NCBI RefSeq assembly: GCF_964204645.1
Contig: NC_134028.1
Span: 2,232,001-2,296,000 of the forward strand
Length of the DNA stretch: 64,000 nt
Reading direction: 5' to 3'
Origin: Tubulanus polymorphus
Taxonomy: Eukaryota; Animalia; Nemertea
The notes beneath the pieces are model-generated. The model made no database searches. It had not been told where the DNA came from and worked only from the letters and a program-made list of their open reading frames with translations. Below are positions 37,652 to 50,600 of the stretch, in pieces; the first letter of the stretch is position 1; each line of letters begins with the position of its first letter. Made by a program: the position numbers and the translations under genes.

Positions 37652-40646
37652 ATGGCTCAGGCTACGTCGACTCCTCAGGACCAGAGTTACAATACTCCGA
37701 GTCACAATGCAACGATATCAACCATCGCTTACTCTCACGGCGGCTCGCAGTATGTCGACCCTAAAAAACACGAAATGGCAGTTGCTTACCGAAACGAAAA
37801 ATCAAGAGCGCAAATGAACAGTTTTACCTACGGAGATGGAAGAATTCCGTTTTTCATTGCTATCGGTTGTTTTGGGGTGGGATTTTTAATGTTCGTTATC
37901 GGCGCCACGATTACCGGTTTATACCACACCGGTCGCGTTGTATTAGGTCGAGATGGTTCGTTTATAGGACCTATGATCTTAGTTCTTGGTCTCTTGTTTT
38001 GCGCTCTGGGGGCCTATTTTATCTACAGGGCGCACATCAAGAGCTCGCAAAGCAGAGCTAAAACCAAGGTGGGTATCTAATGATTAACACATCGATTCCT
38101 AAAGGCAAACTACGTAAGTGTGCGCCTGCTCTACTTTTACTTTGCCAAAATAATATATTTCAATGGTATTTTGCTGAAAAAGAATTATTATTTATAAGGC
38201 TACGTTCTCGATCAGGTATGTTATTCTGAACTGATCACGTAAATTTTAGACACGTATTTCAAGTTTTTTTTTATATGCACATATATTGCGCTTGAACATG
38301 ACCCATAAATCTCTCGATTTCAAAAGATCCATTCCAAACACCCTACGAACTATGTGGCCTTGACTGTTATTTACCCAAGTGAAGATAAAAAGTTTCGTTA
38401 GAAATTATTTTTTCTGCGAGGAGCTTAGTCAGTCCTACGTAGCAAATGAACAAAACCATGAATTGGTTTCTAATGCCGAAATGAATCCATTGGATAGAAA
38501 TCAGAAATATTTCATTAAACGAATTTTTTTGTAAAATGCACGCTGAAAAACATATGTGCTAAAATGGATCCTCTATTTTTTTAAGTGTCGTCCTATTTTT
38601 ATAACAATCAAAGAGTTTAAAAACTCTTATGTCACATCAATGAGTAAGGTAAATATATGTTTGGGTCGCGGTTTTGTGTTTCGCAAATCATAGTCAGGGT
38701 CTCAATAACTGTACTGTTTGTACTAAAGAATCTCGTGTCCTTAGTTACGACAATAGCAAAAACAATGTTTTGGCCATCATGCTGGTACGTGGCACAAAAA
38801 ACCATGCTAAAATGTTCTTAACATTTCCTTTCCTTGGCGATTCCCAAGTGTTTTATGTCTATCCGTGTTATCGACAAATCCCCAGCCACTAGCTTTCATC
38901 TGCAAGCTTTAGCGGAGTTAATGCAGTGTCGTTTTAGAGAAAATTGTTCTGCAAATAATGTTTCGGACAGGACGAATTAAGTAATGATGATTAATTCACT
39001 TTATCACAGGGAAACTACTTCAAGATCATATTTGGAATCGTCGTCCGAGCAAATATTGATAACCTGAAATCCTAAGCGAAGGCCGCTCGTAGCATTACAC
39101 GTAGATATTGGGCATGACCTCATGCTGATTAAATATAAACCTGATTTTACATTAAATTAGTATAACACGACACACATTTCGTTCGACGATTAATCAACTT
39201 ATCACTAGGAACTTATCAGTTCAGTATTTAACATGAATGATATCGAATGCGCGATACTCATGGGTGTATATGTATATGGGTGGGTGCTGGTACGGCCATG
39301 CAAGTGTAAATACATACATAACATTTATATATAGAAACTAAGTAATTTTCCGGTTATATATATATATATATACCGGTATCAGAAAACAGGTTTTTATATT
39401 GCGTACGATTTACGAACATTTTGCATATTTATTCGAAGTGGATGCGCGATGTACGTACAGTCAGTCCCCGGCATTTGCTTGGAGTAAATTAGATAACGTT
39501 ATGTCAGGGCAAGCGGTTTAATTTCTTAAGGTTATGTAGATACTTATATAGTATCGATATGCCTGAAATGGTATGCCAAAATTCCAAAACAATGACCGTG
39601 AACTGTTTTGTCTGAGTAAATCCGCTGAGAGAATTCTTGATAACCCGCTGTTATTCAAACCTATTTCGAACATATTTTAGTACATTCCTTTCCACGAAGT
39701 GTTATTTTCTATTAGATATACAGTTCCTATACGTAACTTGTGTGGCTTTTACTGAAAATCATCAACGAAACCGTGTTAAAAAAAGTTTCACATTTTGTTT
39801 TTATTTTAGTTCAAATCAGAAGGTTTCACGACAGTAACCTCATCAAACAGAGCTTTTTCACACGATGAAAGGTAAACCAAATATTCATTCTTCACAATGA
39901 CAATCTATGGATCTAAGGCGGTGCACGGAATGCGTTCACCAGCCCTGGCAGTGGTTGTATCCACAGTGACCTCCGTCGCTCTACGATCCTAGTGGTACAA
40001 CAGACAACAGACCATGTGCCCTAAAAATTCCTTTTTTAGGTCTTCTTTTCCTTCTGTTGAAATTGAGTAGTAAAATGTTCCAGAATGCACTAAATGGCAT
40101 TAAAAATTCCACGATTTTCTAGGGGAGAGCGCCTAGACACCAAATGCCTATTTTCATTAAAAAAATATCACCAGAATGCGACGTGGAGGGCGTTCGATCA
40201 TTAATCATGTGACGTATTTTAATCTTTTTTCCAGCTATAAAACTAAATCTGGTACATATTCCGATAAGGCCGTTTCGACGGTCAATTCAACGTCTTACGC
40301 GAGAGATGCAACGTTTTCGTCGTTAGACTCCAGTCAAGGCTCGATGAACCGTACTCCAGGGGTCGTTAGTCCTGTTAGTTATAACCCGCAAGGGCCTAGA
40401 GGTTACTACTACGACAACTACGCTATGCACGGCTACGCGACGGATCCGAGCGGTGGGCCTCTCAGACGGCCGAAGAGTCACGAGAGTTTAGACAGCCATG
40501 GTCGCGTCATACGAGCCAGTTTGGATGATTTGTACAAACCGGACGAACTAAATTCGGACACTGGCAAACAAGCGGAAACAAATAGTCGCCATTCTTCAAA
40601 TCGAAGTGAAGAATTTAGCGAAATACCTTTAGAAAATACGCAATAA
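37652..40646 (+). CDS. Small two-pass membrane protein (PIRT/TMEM200-like topology). Exons 37652-38068, 39810-39871, 40235-40646
   Basis: Two hydrophobic helices (FFIAIGCFGVGFLMFVIGATITGLY; FIGPMILVLGLLFCALGAYFIY) with a short loop and a Ser-rich tail. Exon phases 0/2 join. The family is only a resemblance. Confidence 0.75.
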
Positions 40647-42053
40647 TCTTACATTGATATTCTACGTATTTTTCGTATTTCATATATTAATATTCATACA
40701 TACAATTATGTTAAAATGAAGTGAAGGGGAAATTTTTGAATAATTACGAAAATTCCGTGAGCAAAACTATGTCAATTTAAAGATATTGCAGGGTTAATTT
40801 TGAAACAATTGTAACTTGTTCTAGAAGTGCCGCTGTTTGCTGCACAGCAATCAATCTGTACCATATCAGCCATGAATCTGTCAATCCATTGTCCGTCTGA
40901 ATATCTCAGATTAGGGCCGTCATACCCGTATCTGCGCTTATACCTCACATATCTTAAAAACGTATCGCAAATATTCGTCCAGAAAGCGCCACCTACACAT
41001 ATACACTTCTTGTGGTATTTTTCAAAGTTTTTATATATAGCTTTTTATACACGCATTATCTTTGATTGGTTGTTAGTTTTTTGATTAATGTACGGAATGT
41101 TTGATGTTTTTTTACTCGTTTCGTCCATGTCAAATATGTGAACACGATTTGTTTCCGTCAAGTTTCATTGTCAGGAAGCTATGATTTTGTAAATAGTAAA
41201 TCGATAATTATATTTGAATATTCATGATGCAAAACATAGTATATATATTTTATGAATTAATTTAAGATATTTTGCTAATTGAAATTATATACTACTTAAA
41301 TTATTTGAGCCTTTATAATCGGATATTATTCTAATATATATTAATCTGCGGTGATGAATAGTGAGTATACCGGTATATTATGTATTTGTTTTAATTGTTA
41401 TCAGAATATTTAGATATATTATATTGTATATTAAATGATTATAGAAAAATGTATTCATTGGTTCATTCATGAATCTATACTCAAACAATGATAAATGCGA
41501 TATCATTATCATTATCAAATAGTTTGCTTTTTTCAATAAAATATGATACGCCATAAATCAGTAAGTTTGTGTTTTTTGTGGACCCAACTTTATCTTTATC
41601 TCTTTTTTATCTTAAGTTAGTTTTAATAGCCAGCTTTTTGTCGTGTCAGTTTAGAAATTGAAGCGCGACTCTGCCTTACCAGTATACTGAGTTGAAGATC
41701 AAGGAAATTGAGATATGGTGAATAAACAATGTATTGATTCTACGGTTTCGTTCCAGCTAATCGTTCCAGATGGCTTGACATCTACTTATTGCCTCCTGTT
41801 ATGTTACAACTAACGGAAATAACACCAGTATCAACGTCGTTTCATCAGTGTTCAGTGTGCATCATATAAACAGAATAGTTCCCTCCCATCGCATAGATAT
41901 ACATAAAATGACACTTAAAATCAGTTTCACATATTTATTAACGTCAAACACCATATGGAACACCAATGCAAGCTTAGCTTCGGGCAAAAAAAAACTAATG
42001 GTGATTTTTCTAAAAATGCACTACATCTACTGACGCGGTAATAAACAAGAAAA

Positions 42054-45000
42054 CTAACATCCTTCGAGTCTATTATTATCTGTCTTCTTTCCCCAGACCT
42101 GTTTTTCGAACTTTAGCAAACTTTTACAGTACGTATTGCCGAGGTGCAAACAGTTTCTTTTCGATTTCACGAGATCTATCGCATCTTTGAGACTCAATTC
42201 CTGCATGTACATGATCGCAGCTACAACTACTGCCCCGCTATGAGCATTTCCATCCTGGTGACAATGCACCAAACAACAACCACCACGTTTCGCACTTAAA
42301 GCGTCCGATACAAAAAGTACAGTCGAATTAAAGTGATTGAAAGGGAGTTCTGATTCGTCAACTTTTAGATATTCTACACGTCCCGGAAACGCGTTTCCTA
42401 TTTCAGTAGAAATATTAACGGTGTGAGTAATTGACAAATGTTTCAGAACGTCCTCGCTACTAGCGTGTTCATCACTACCGAGATAAAGCTTTCCATCTAA
42501 AATCTCCGATGGATAAGTTATGATCGAACCACCGTCGTCTTGCGACGAGCGACACATAAAGCTAAATTTCGCGCTAAATCGATCAAAGCCTTGATCCAGA
42601 ATAGATGGTTTTAGTGCCCGGGCTCGTAGGGCGTCGACAACCAGAGACAAACGACTATCTGTTAAATCATACGTACGTCCGTTTGCATCGTAAACTATGA
42701 TCAACGAATCATTGAATACAGAAAATTCGATGCCTTCGGAAAAGTCTTCGCTACTTATCGCGGTTTGGACGTGTTTTTTGACGAACGCATCTTCGTCTCG
42801 ACTATCTATAATGATTAACTTTTCATCTTTCGTTGCTTCGACGTCGTTCAATAAGTTGTACAGGTTAGAACAGGATATATAGATCGGTTCGTCTGACAGA
42901 CCATCGCTTACATCATCATCCGGATTATTCCACGGATGAATACGATCTTTAATATCGCCAATCGAAGTCCTGTTTGAAATGCAACTCGCTGAAATTAAGA
43001 AATATCGATGAGTAGTTATCATCAAAAAGACTTTAAAAAGATTGGAACAACATCATCGAGAAATGGAAATGAGACCTTTTCTATCTTTGACGTCGACGTC
43101 ACTTTCGCTACCGTCATCGCCCTGCAATAGAAAAATATTACTGCATCGTTTGTATACCTGATACCATTGCACTATGTAAACAGATTTTTTCCACGCAGTT
43201 TCATACCGAATGATTAGTCTTTGCGTTGTGATGCCTTATCACTTTTACATCTCCAATCCCATTTCTGTTAGAGTGTTCACTATCCCCAGATTCGAGATCT
43301 TCCCAATCGCGTTCTGTTTTCTTCTTGCTTCGTCCAAAAAGTCCTAACTTTCTCTTGTGTTTACTGGACGATTCTCGTTCGTCGTCGCTTTCGTCCAGAT
43401 CATTGCCCTTTTTCTTCGTCTTCTTTTGCTTTCTCTTATCAGAAGCTCCGTCCTTATCTGAACCACAATCAGACTCTGAGTCACTATTTCTACGATTTTC
43501 TTTCTTTTTAGATTTTTGCTTCCCGTCTTTCTTGTCTTTCCTCTTTTTATCTTCATCGCTTTTATCTGCGTCCTTCTTTTTTGACCACTTCGACCTTTTA
43601 CTTACTTTCCTCTTTCGCTCTTCATCTGAACCTGAATCATCGGAACTCCCATCTTTCTCTTCCCTAGACGACCTTACTTTAGACTTTTGGTTTTCCTTAC
43701 CAATATTTTCGTATCCCTTTTTCGACTTCTTTTTTTTATCTTCGTTGCCGTGCGGTTTACGCTCTTTTTTCTCATTAGTTTCCTTCCGTCGTTCTTTTTT
43801 CATTTCGTTAACAGATTCGTCTTCGCTTACACTTTCTGACTTTTTCTTTTTTCCTTTCTTTTGATGATGTTTTTTTTTTGCCTTACCTCTATTGACCTCA
43901 TCGCCGTCGTCGTCATTAGAATAATCATTTGTGTACCTATTCAGATGGATCACTTGTATCTCATCTTCGAAAATGCTACTACTTCTCCCACTCTTTCCCG
44001 ATTTAGACTTGTCCTTCTTTTTCTTGTCTTTCATTTCCTTCTTTGCTTCCTTTTTCTTTGCTTTTCTCTCAGCTTTCTTACTGTCATCTGCCTTATCTTC
44101 GAATTCACTTTCAGATCCTGCTTCAGAATCAGTGGCCTGTTTCTCGTTTTTCTTCGATCTGTATTTCAATCTTCCAAACAACGAATAACCTTTAACACTT
44201 TCTAAATGAGCATCCCTTTTGTCTTTAACAGCGCATTTTTTGGTCTTCGCGTCCAATCTTGTTTCGTCGTCGCTTTTATGAGAAATTGGCTCACTATCAT
44301 CGTCATCAGTGGCGTCATCGTCACCATTATCATCTTCATAATCCTTTACACAGAACAGTAGTCTCGGTTTTCCCATGTCAGCTGTAAAGTTAGCAGTGCT
44401 TTCATCGTTACTCAAATCTTTAACTTCACCTGTATCCGTATCTTCTGCTTCATCCAGAGACGCATTTACAACACCCAACCCCTGCATCATTTCAACGCTA
44501 GGCCGAACGTAACGCTGCGAAAAAAGTGGTCGATCTTTCACGGCTGCTGTTTTGTTCTTCTTCTGCATCAGATAGTTTCTAAACTCTTCATTTGGATTAG
44601 TAAGGTGGCTGAATTCTTCCGGCTCTGACTCGGACCCGTTGCCGTTTTCACCAGCCTGTACCTGTTCTTTCTTTTTACGTCGTTTCCAAAACGGAACCTT
44701 TTTCTTTGCATTAGTTTTAGAAGCATCCTTTGATTCTTTTTCTTTGCTTTTTCTTATTTTACTGTCATCGTCACTTTTCCCACTATTATGGCGACTTATT
44801 CCATTTTTCTTCGAGGAGCATTCGTTGTCACTTTCTTCATCATCTCCATCTTCGTCTTCTTTATTTTTCTTTTTCTTTTTAATTGACCATCTTGATTTTT
44901 TATCCTCGGGTTTATGTTTTGACGATGGTTTCTCATCTTTATCTTTATCATTCTTTCTACTTTTTGACGATCTTTTACTGGATGTCTTATCCTCATTTTC

Positions 45001-46078
45001 ATCATCAGATCCGACGTAACTTTCTTTTCTTCGCAGCAAAGACCATCTTCTTTTCGGGTGCTTTTTATTTTCGTCAGTATCCTCCTGATCGCTGCTATTG
45101 TGTTTCAAGTGTTTAGTGTGTGAATCGCTTTTTGGTCTTTGTTTTCTTGTCTTCTTCTCATTTTTCCGCGGTGAGTCTTCGCCGCTCTCAGTTTTGGCTC
45201 TCGGCTTGACGCCATTTTCGTATGTTTTATTACTCAGTGCTGGACTCAGTTTTTGCGAGCTGATGAATACAGGAGTCGATTCTTGGTCTCCTTGATATGA
45301 CTTTTCACTCTCAATCGTGTCGCTCTCATCATCTGAAGGAATTATTTGTATTTCTTGAATTTCACCGCGCTTATTCCGCCGTCGTAATCCCCGGGATTTC
45401 TTCTGAAAGAGGAACAATTTTCAGAGTAAGTCGATAAGATACACAATATCCGTAAGGTGGCTGTACGAGAGAAATCCTACAATAATTCAGCCAAAGAAGA
45501 AACATATATGAACTTTTTTGGCTGTATTTATTGAGTGGGATTTCTCGCGTGAAAATGAATCATTCAGCTAATTTCTTTACAATCTACACCTTATTCAAGA
45601 TAACCTGCAGCGAACAGTCAAATTCAAATCTATGCGTGTGAACAAGGCATCAATTCTTAAAATCTATATTCAATAACTCAGTTCGTTATTCACCGTGGAA
45701 CCGGTATTTGGTATCGAAGTTGTTAAAAATTGGGGCAACATTCGGTCGTACATTGACACATATGAACAGAATTCTAATTCAAAGTCTATAACAACACGAG
45801 GCGTGGTGTATGTACCGTCATAGAATTCAAATCAAATTGATTTGAGTTCTATGGTACCATATAGGTAATTGAATAATTTAACGGTTACATTATATTTACA
45901 TATCAAAAGCAAAACCGTATAGGAATATTTAGATTAAACTGCAATTTGACATTAGTATACTAACTTCTGTTCCTCGATATGAGATGCGAGGGCTTCCATC
46001 CGAGTGCCCAGCTGCCGTTTCGAAAATTCCTGATTTGGGGAACACTTTCGGAATCGCATTTATATCTGCATCGGCCAT
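42054..46078 (-). CDS. Rhodanese + dual-specificity-phosphatase-fold protein (STYXL1/MK-STYX-like, probably inactive) with a long K/D/E/S-rich N-terminal region. Exons 45965-46078, 43207-45402, 43076-43121, 42054-42988
   Basis: LIIIDSR..F.KKHVQTA and ILDQGFDRFSAKFSFMC (rhodanese/CH2); YPSEILDGKLYLG, LSITHTVN, CLVHCHQDGNAHSGAVVVAAIM (DSP). The four exons join in frame (phases 0,0,1), about 1095 aa. Confidence 0.75.
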
Positions 46079-47632
46079 TTCAGCCCCTCAATTATCACAC
46101 GGCCTATAGTTAAAGTAATAATAGACGAATAAATTTCAGCGATTTAATGTTATTCACACATGAAGTTATACAGTATAACAGGCTACAACGCTAAACGTAC
46201 ATATATGAAAATCAAAATCTCCTTCGCAAAATAAATTGTTTATCTTTTAATCATGACGGTTAGCCAGTTTAGTATGAAGAAAAATCTTTATTTGATAGAC
46301 AAAATCATATTCCATCCCGCAGAAGTAAGTAAATAAGTTGAAATTTGTTTTCCCTTAAGCTAGGTTTCCTAAACTATGCTTCACCTTAAATACAAGAATA
46401 TAAATTCCAGAAATCTCATTTTACACAAGTCCTTAGGTTCTGGCGAATCGTGTGATTTTGACTGCAATACATACCACCGCCTTTTTCGTCTTCAACGACT
46501 TTCTTGGTTGTTTCAACTAACACGTTCGAAGTGTAAGGTATATCATGATTCCAGTTGAAGTTGAATTATGACATATCTTCTTAAGTGCTCATGCGAACAA
46601 CACTTTACAGTGATCTGTTCTTAGATATATACACAAGTTACTGCAGTAAAACATGACTCTCAAATCATACTCGATAAGAACTATTAGAGCTTGATATTAC
46701 ATTTAAAAGAACAGACTACGAAATGTCACCCCAAACCAAACCGGTTCCTGCAAATCACTGTCAAAACGTTGTCCTGCCATTATTGGGCGTTTTGCAGTCA
46801 TATTCTAAAGTCTCATTCTAAAGATAATTGTCTAGTTCTCCTTAAAAACTCGTTATCACTTCGTCGGAATTCATTTGCTGTCGTCGAGGTCTCTGCACAG
46901 CACAGTCGAACTGGGCGAACTGGGTGCTGATTTTGTGCCTAATCCATATGGAAAGAATCCGATGTATGCACGAGCACGGCTCTCTTACAGATTGACCATC
47001 TAAACCTTTATTCTACGTAGTAAATTTTTAGTTTACAATGATAGTAAATCTGTCATAATTCCACTTAATACGAAGTACATTCTGTTCGTATTAGATTATC
47101 CGGCTATATTGTTTCACGTGGTGGGTTGTCGGGCATAAAGGTCAAGAAGCCGTTTAGCGCCAATGAGCTCAGTGTTCTTCGTGCAAATGAACTAGTTGCC
47201 GGAACCACAACAATCAGTCTCGTCTGAATTTTCTCGCACGATTGTATTTCGTTATAAAATATACGTGATTTGTGAATATACAAGTATTAGGTTAACGTAG
47301 AAGAATAATTAGCGATACTTCAGCTCCATTTGTCCAGTCAGATCGCGGTCAACAACACAAATAAACGACTACAACAGAATAGATCGATTGAACCTTTGCC
47401 CGCAAAGGTAAATGATTTTATTATATCCGTATAAAATATACATTAATGAATCTACCGACTTAAAACACTATAAAAACTATAGACACATTATCTTGTTATT
47501 AGCATAATCTAAAAATCAGAGGGTCAAATATCTATACAACTGCAATTCCTTTATCTAACATCTATTTCATGTAAATGCATTTACAGTTGTATTAGTAATT
47601 ACTACTTATAAATAAAGAGTTTAGGAATAAAT

Positions 47633-50600
47633 CTAGATTTTCGTTAAAAGTTGAACTCGTTCATCCATCATTTCCATCATACAATCAACTAGAGGCAGTG
47701 AAAAATCATTCTGAAATTCAAGAAAGTAAATCCACTTAAAAGGAGGTGAACAGATTTCAGCGTGAACGAGAACAAAGTTATACGAAAGGTTTACTTACTT
47801 TGGTTAGAATTCTCTCCCATCGTTTCACCCAGTGTTTATCACGTTTTCGATCTGCTTCTATATCTCCATCAAACTACAACAAAAATGTGACAAATAGACT
47901 TTTTGCCTTACATGTTTATTAGTTACGTGATGATTACTCGGTAAGCTAAATACATGACTGCTAGATAGTTCTTCTATTACTAGTTAATTCAATTATCTCA
48001 TCCAAATAACGTGATTCAAACGAAACGAAATCAACAAACCAATCAATCTTACCACAACTTTTTCATCTTCAACTTCGCTGTCATCATCATCATCATCATC
48101 GTCGTTATTAAGACGAGTTTTCATGAAATCGTCCAGCTCCGACTGACTGATGTTTAATATAGATTTAGCGACTCGTTGAGCCGTTAACATCGATGATTCG
48201 TTCACCGTAGAAACCGGCACCGGTTGTTGTGAAGTGCGACGTTGTAGTCGGAGTTGTTCTCGTTGCGTTTTACGTTGTTCGATCCGTCGTTGTCTAGCCA
48301 ACGTTCTGGCGTGTTGAGTCGCGCTCAATAGCACTTGCGCTAATGACTGTAACGATAATGAGATACGATACGATAACTAAAATGAAAGTAAAACAAAGGA
48401 AGCCTTCGCTCCATTTCTCTTTTACAATACTGCTTAACCCGGATCAACGGTAGAACCTCGTCATAATGAAAGCGTTTCAAACCTAGATTTTCATTCCGAA
48501 TAGGTAAAATCTAATAATGTCCTGACAAAAACACATGAAGAGGTATTTTTGGTCGTACTGGATTCTGTTCCCCTGAAGTCCCACGTATATTACACAGTAA
48601 ACTGGTACCAAGTCCCAGTCTATAGTACCCGGTACACGCACTTACACTTATAAAATGATGATAGTTTTCGTTTTTATCGAGGGCGTTGGCAAGTTTTTCT
48701 TGAGCAGTATCCAATGCGACCTCGCTTTTCTTCGCCAGCGCTCGCAGTTGTTGCTGCGCTGTTTGTTCGATTTCAGACATCATCACTTCCACATCAGCAG
48801 TTCGTGTTTCCGAGTCCTGCAGCAATTTTGCCTAAAATGGTTTCACAGAATCATTCTCATCAGTATCATATCTACATCATAATCTTTAATCATTTCCAAC
48901 ATTTCACAAAATGCTAGAATATACCTTCTTATCACATTCGATCTTAGATTTACGATATAATCCTTCGTATTCACTCCTTTCTTTACTAATCACTGCCAAT
49001 CTCATCTTTAGGGATTCAATCTGTAAAAGATTTCAAAACAATGTTTTCTAGTTTTTCTAACGATAACAAAACACAGTTGTTACAGTAATATTTACAGTGG
49101 TTCGTTGTCGATCGTGAGTTTCCTGAAGCGATTTCAAACGTTTCTCCATATCTTCCTACAACATGTCAAAAATTTAACATATGTAAAAACAGCATTAACA
49201 AACGACTTAAAATCTGTCTCACTGACCACAGGTAGATAACTTCTATACATCTTCAGGGATTTATCATAAACGTCATGTACAGGAAACAGATAGTTTTTCG
49301 TTAACATTGTGGGTTTTTTTATATATACTTCATAATGCAACTAGTCTTAACCGATTCCATCAAAAATAAATAAATTTATAATATTCTTGATCGAAGACTT
49401 AGCCTCACTCAATAGTGACGGGACGATGAATATTTCACCGAGTTGATAACAACTTGACACGAGGAAAACACATTTAAATTACCATTGTTGTGTTATCGGC
49501 ATTCGCATTGTTTTGGGCTATTTTGAACTTCAGTTTTGCGTCTTCGAGCAGAATACGTTTCTGCGAAACATCGCGTTCCAGTCGATTGATCCTGAAAAAA
49601 TAAAATGATTCCACTTCAACAATCTAGAGAGAATATAAACTTTCAAAACTGTCAATATTGCACTAATTCTTACTTTTCTTGAAGAGACCGAATGAGGATT
49701 TCCTTCCCATCCAATTCTTGTTTCAATGATTTATTCTGATTATTGAGTTTGTTAACTTCACTCGCAGATACCTTACAAAGAAAAAGTATGTTAAATCTCA
49801 GTTGTTATTAAGCATCTGTAGTAACAACTGCGCAGAGCTTTTGACTTAAAGACGTAATTTAGCTTGAGCTGAACCGAGTTATCTAGTAGGACTACTAACA
49901 GTCTGTTGGATATGATATATTATATTCTTACACGGAGTCTATTTTCGAGATGTTTCCAGTCTAAATCAGATCGTCTTGTATCTAGCGTGGTCGGTGTAGT
50001 TGAACGACTGTTTGTTTCTAGTATTTGTTGTTCTAGTTGATTATTCTGTTGCTGTAACCGTTCCACGTCTGCTGACAATTTCTATATAGATATAAAACAA
50101 TATTTTCATTATAAATTGTATGTATTTAGTTGTACGAAATAGCTCTCGTCGAGTGACATTTTTACTCACTTGCACTTGTTGTCTGGCAGTCTTTAGGCGT
50201 TGATTGCATGAATCGAGTTCCACCGACAATTTCTCCTGAGAAATTTTCATTTGATTGTTTTCTTTGTTCAGGTTAGACTTCGCTTGACGTAGAACTTGTA
50301 CCTAATTCAGAAAAAGACCTCAATCGATACTGTTTCTTAATTTATTGAAAATACGTATGATTTAAGAGCTGTTTTACCTGTTGATGCAATGAACCGATTC
50401 GCTGTTTAAGAGCCTGCATTTGTTTATTTTTAGAACGTATAGGAGCAGTAGATGATCTGTATTTGATAGTTTCATGCACAGTTATCGGTGATGTAGCCAT
50501 ATCTCGATATCTAATAACTGATTCAATTTACGCACAAATTAATAAAGCTAGTCTTTTAGATAAATCAGTATCGTATTTCATCATGAAACTGTTACTTTTT

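Noticed and set aside
43325-45295. Several Phe/Ser/Leu-rich plus-strand ORFs
   Set aside because: Antisense shadows of the Lys/Glu/Asp-rich exon.
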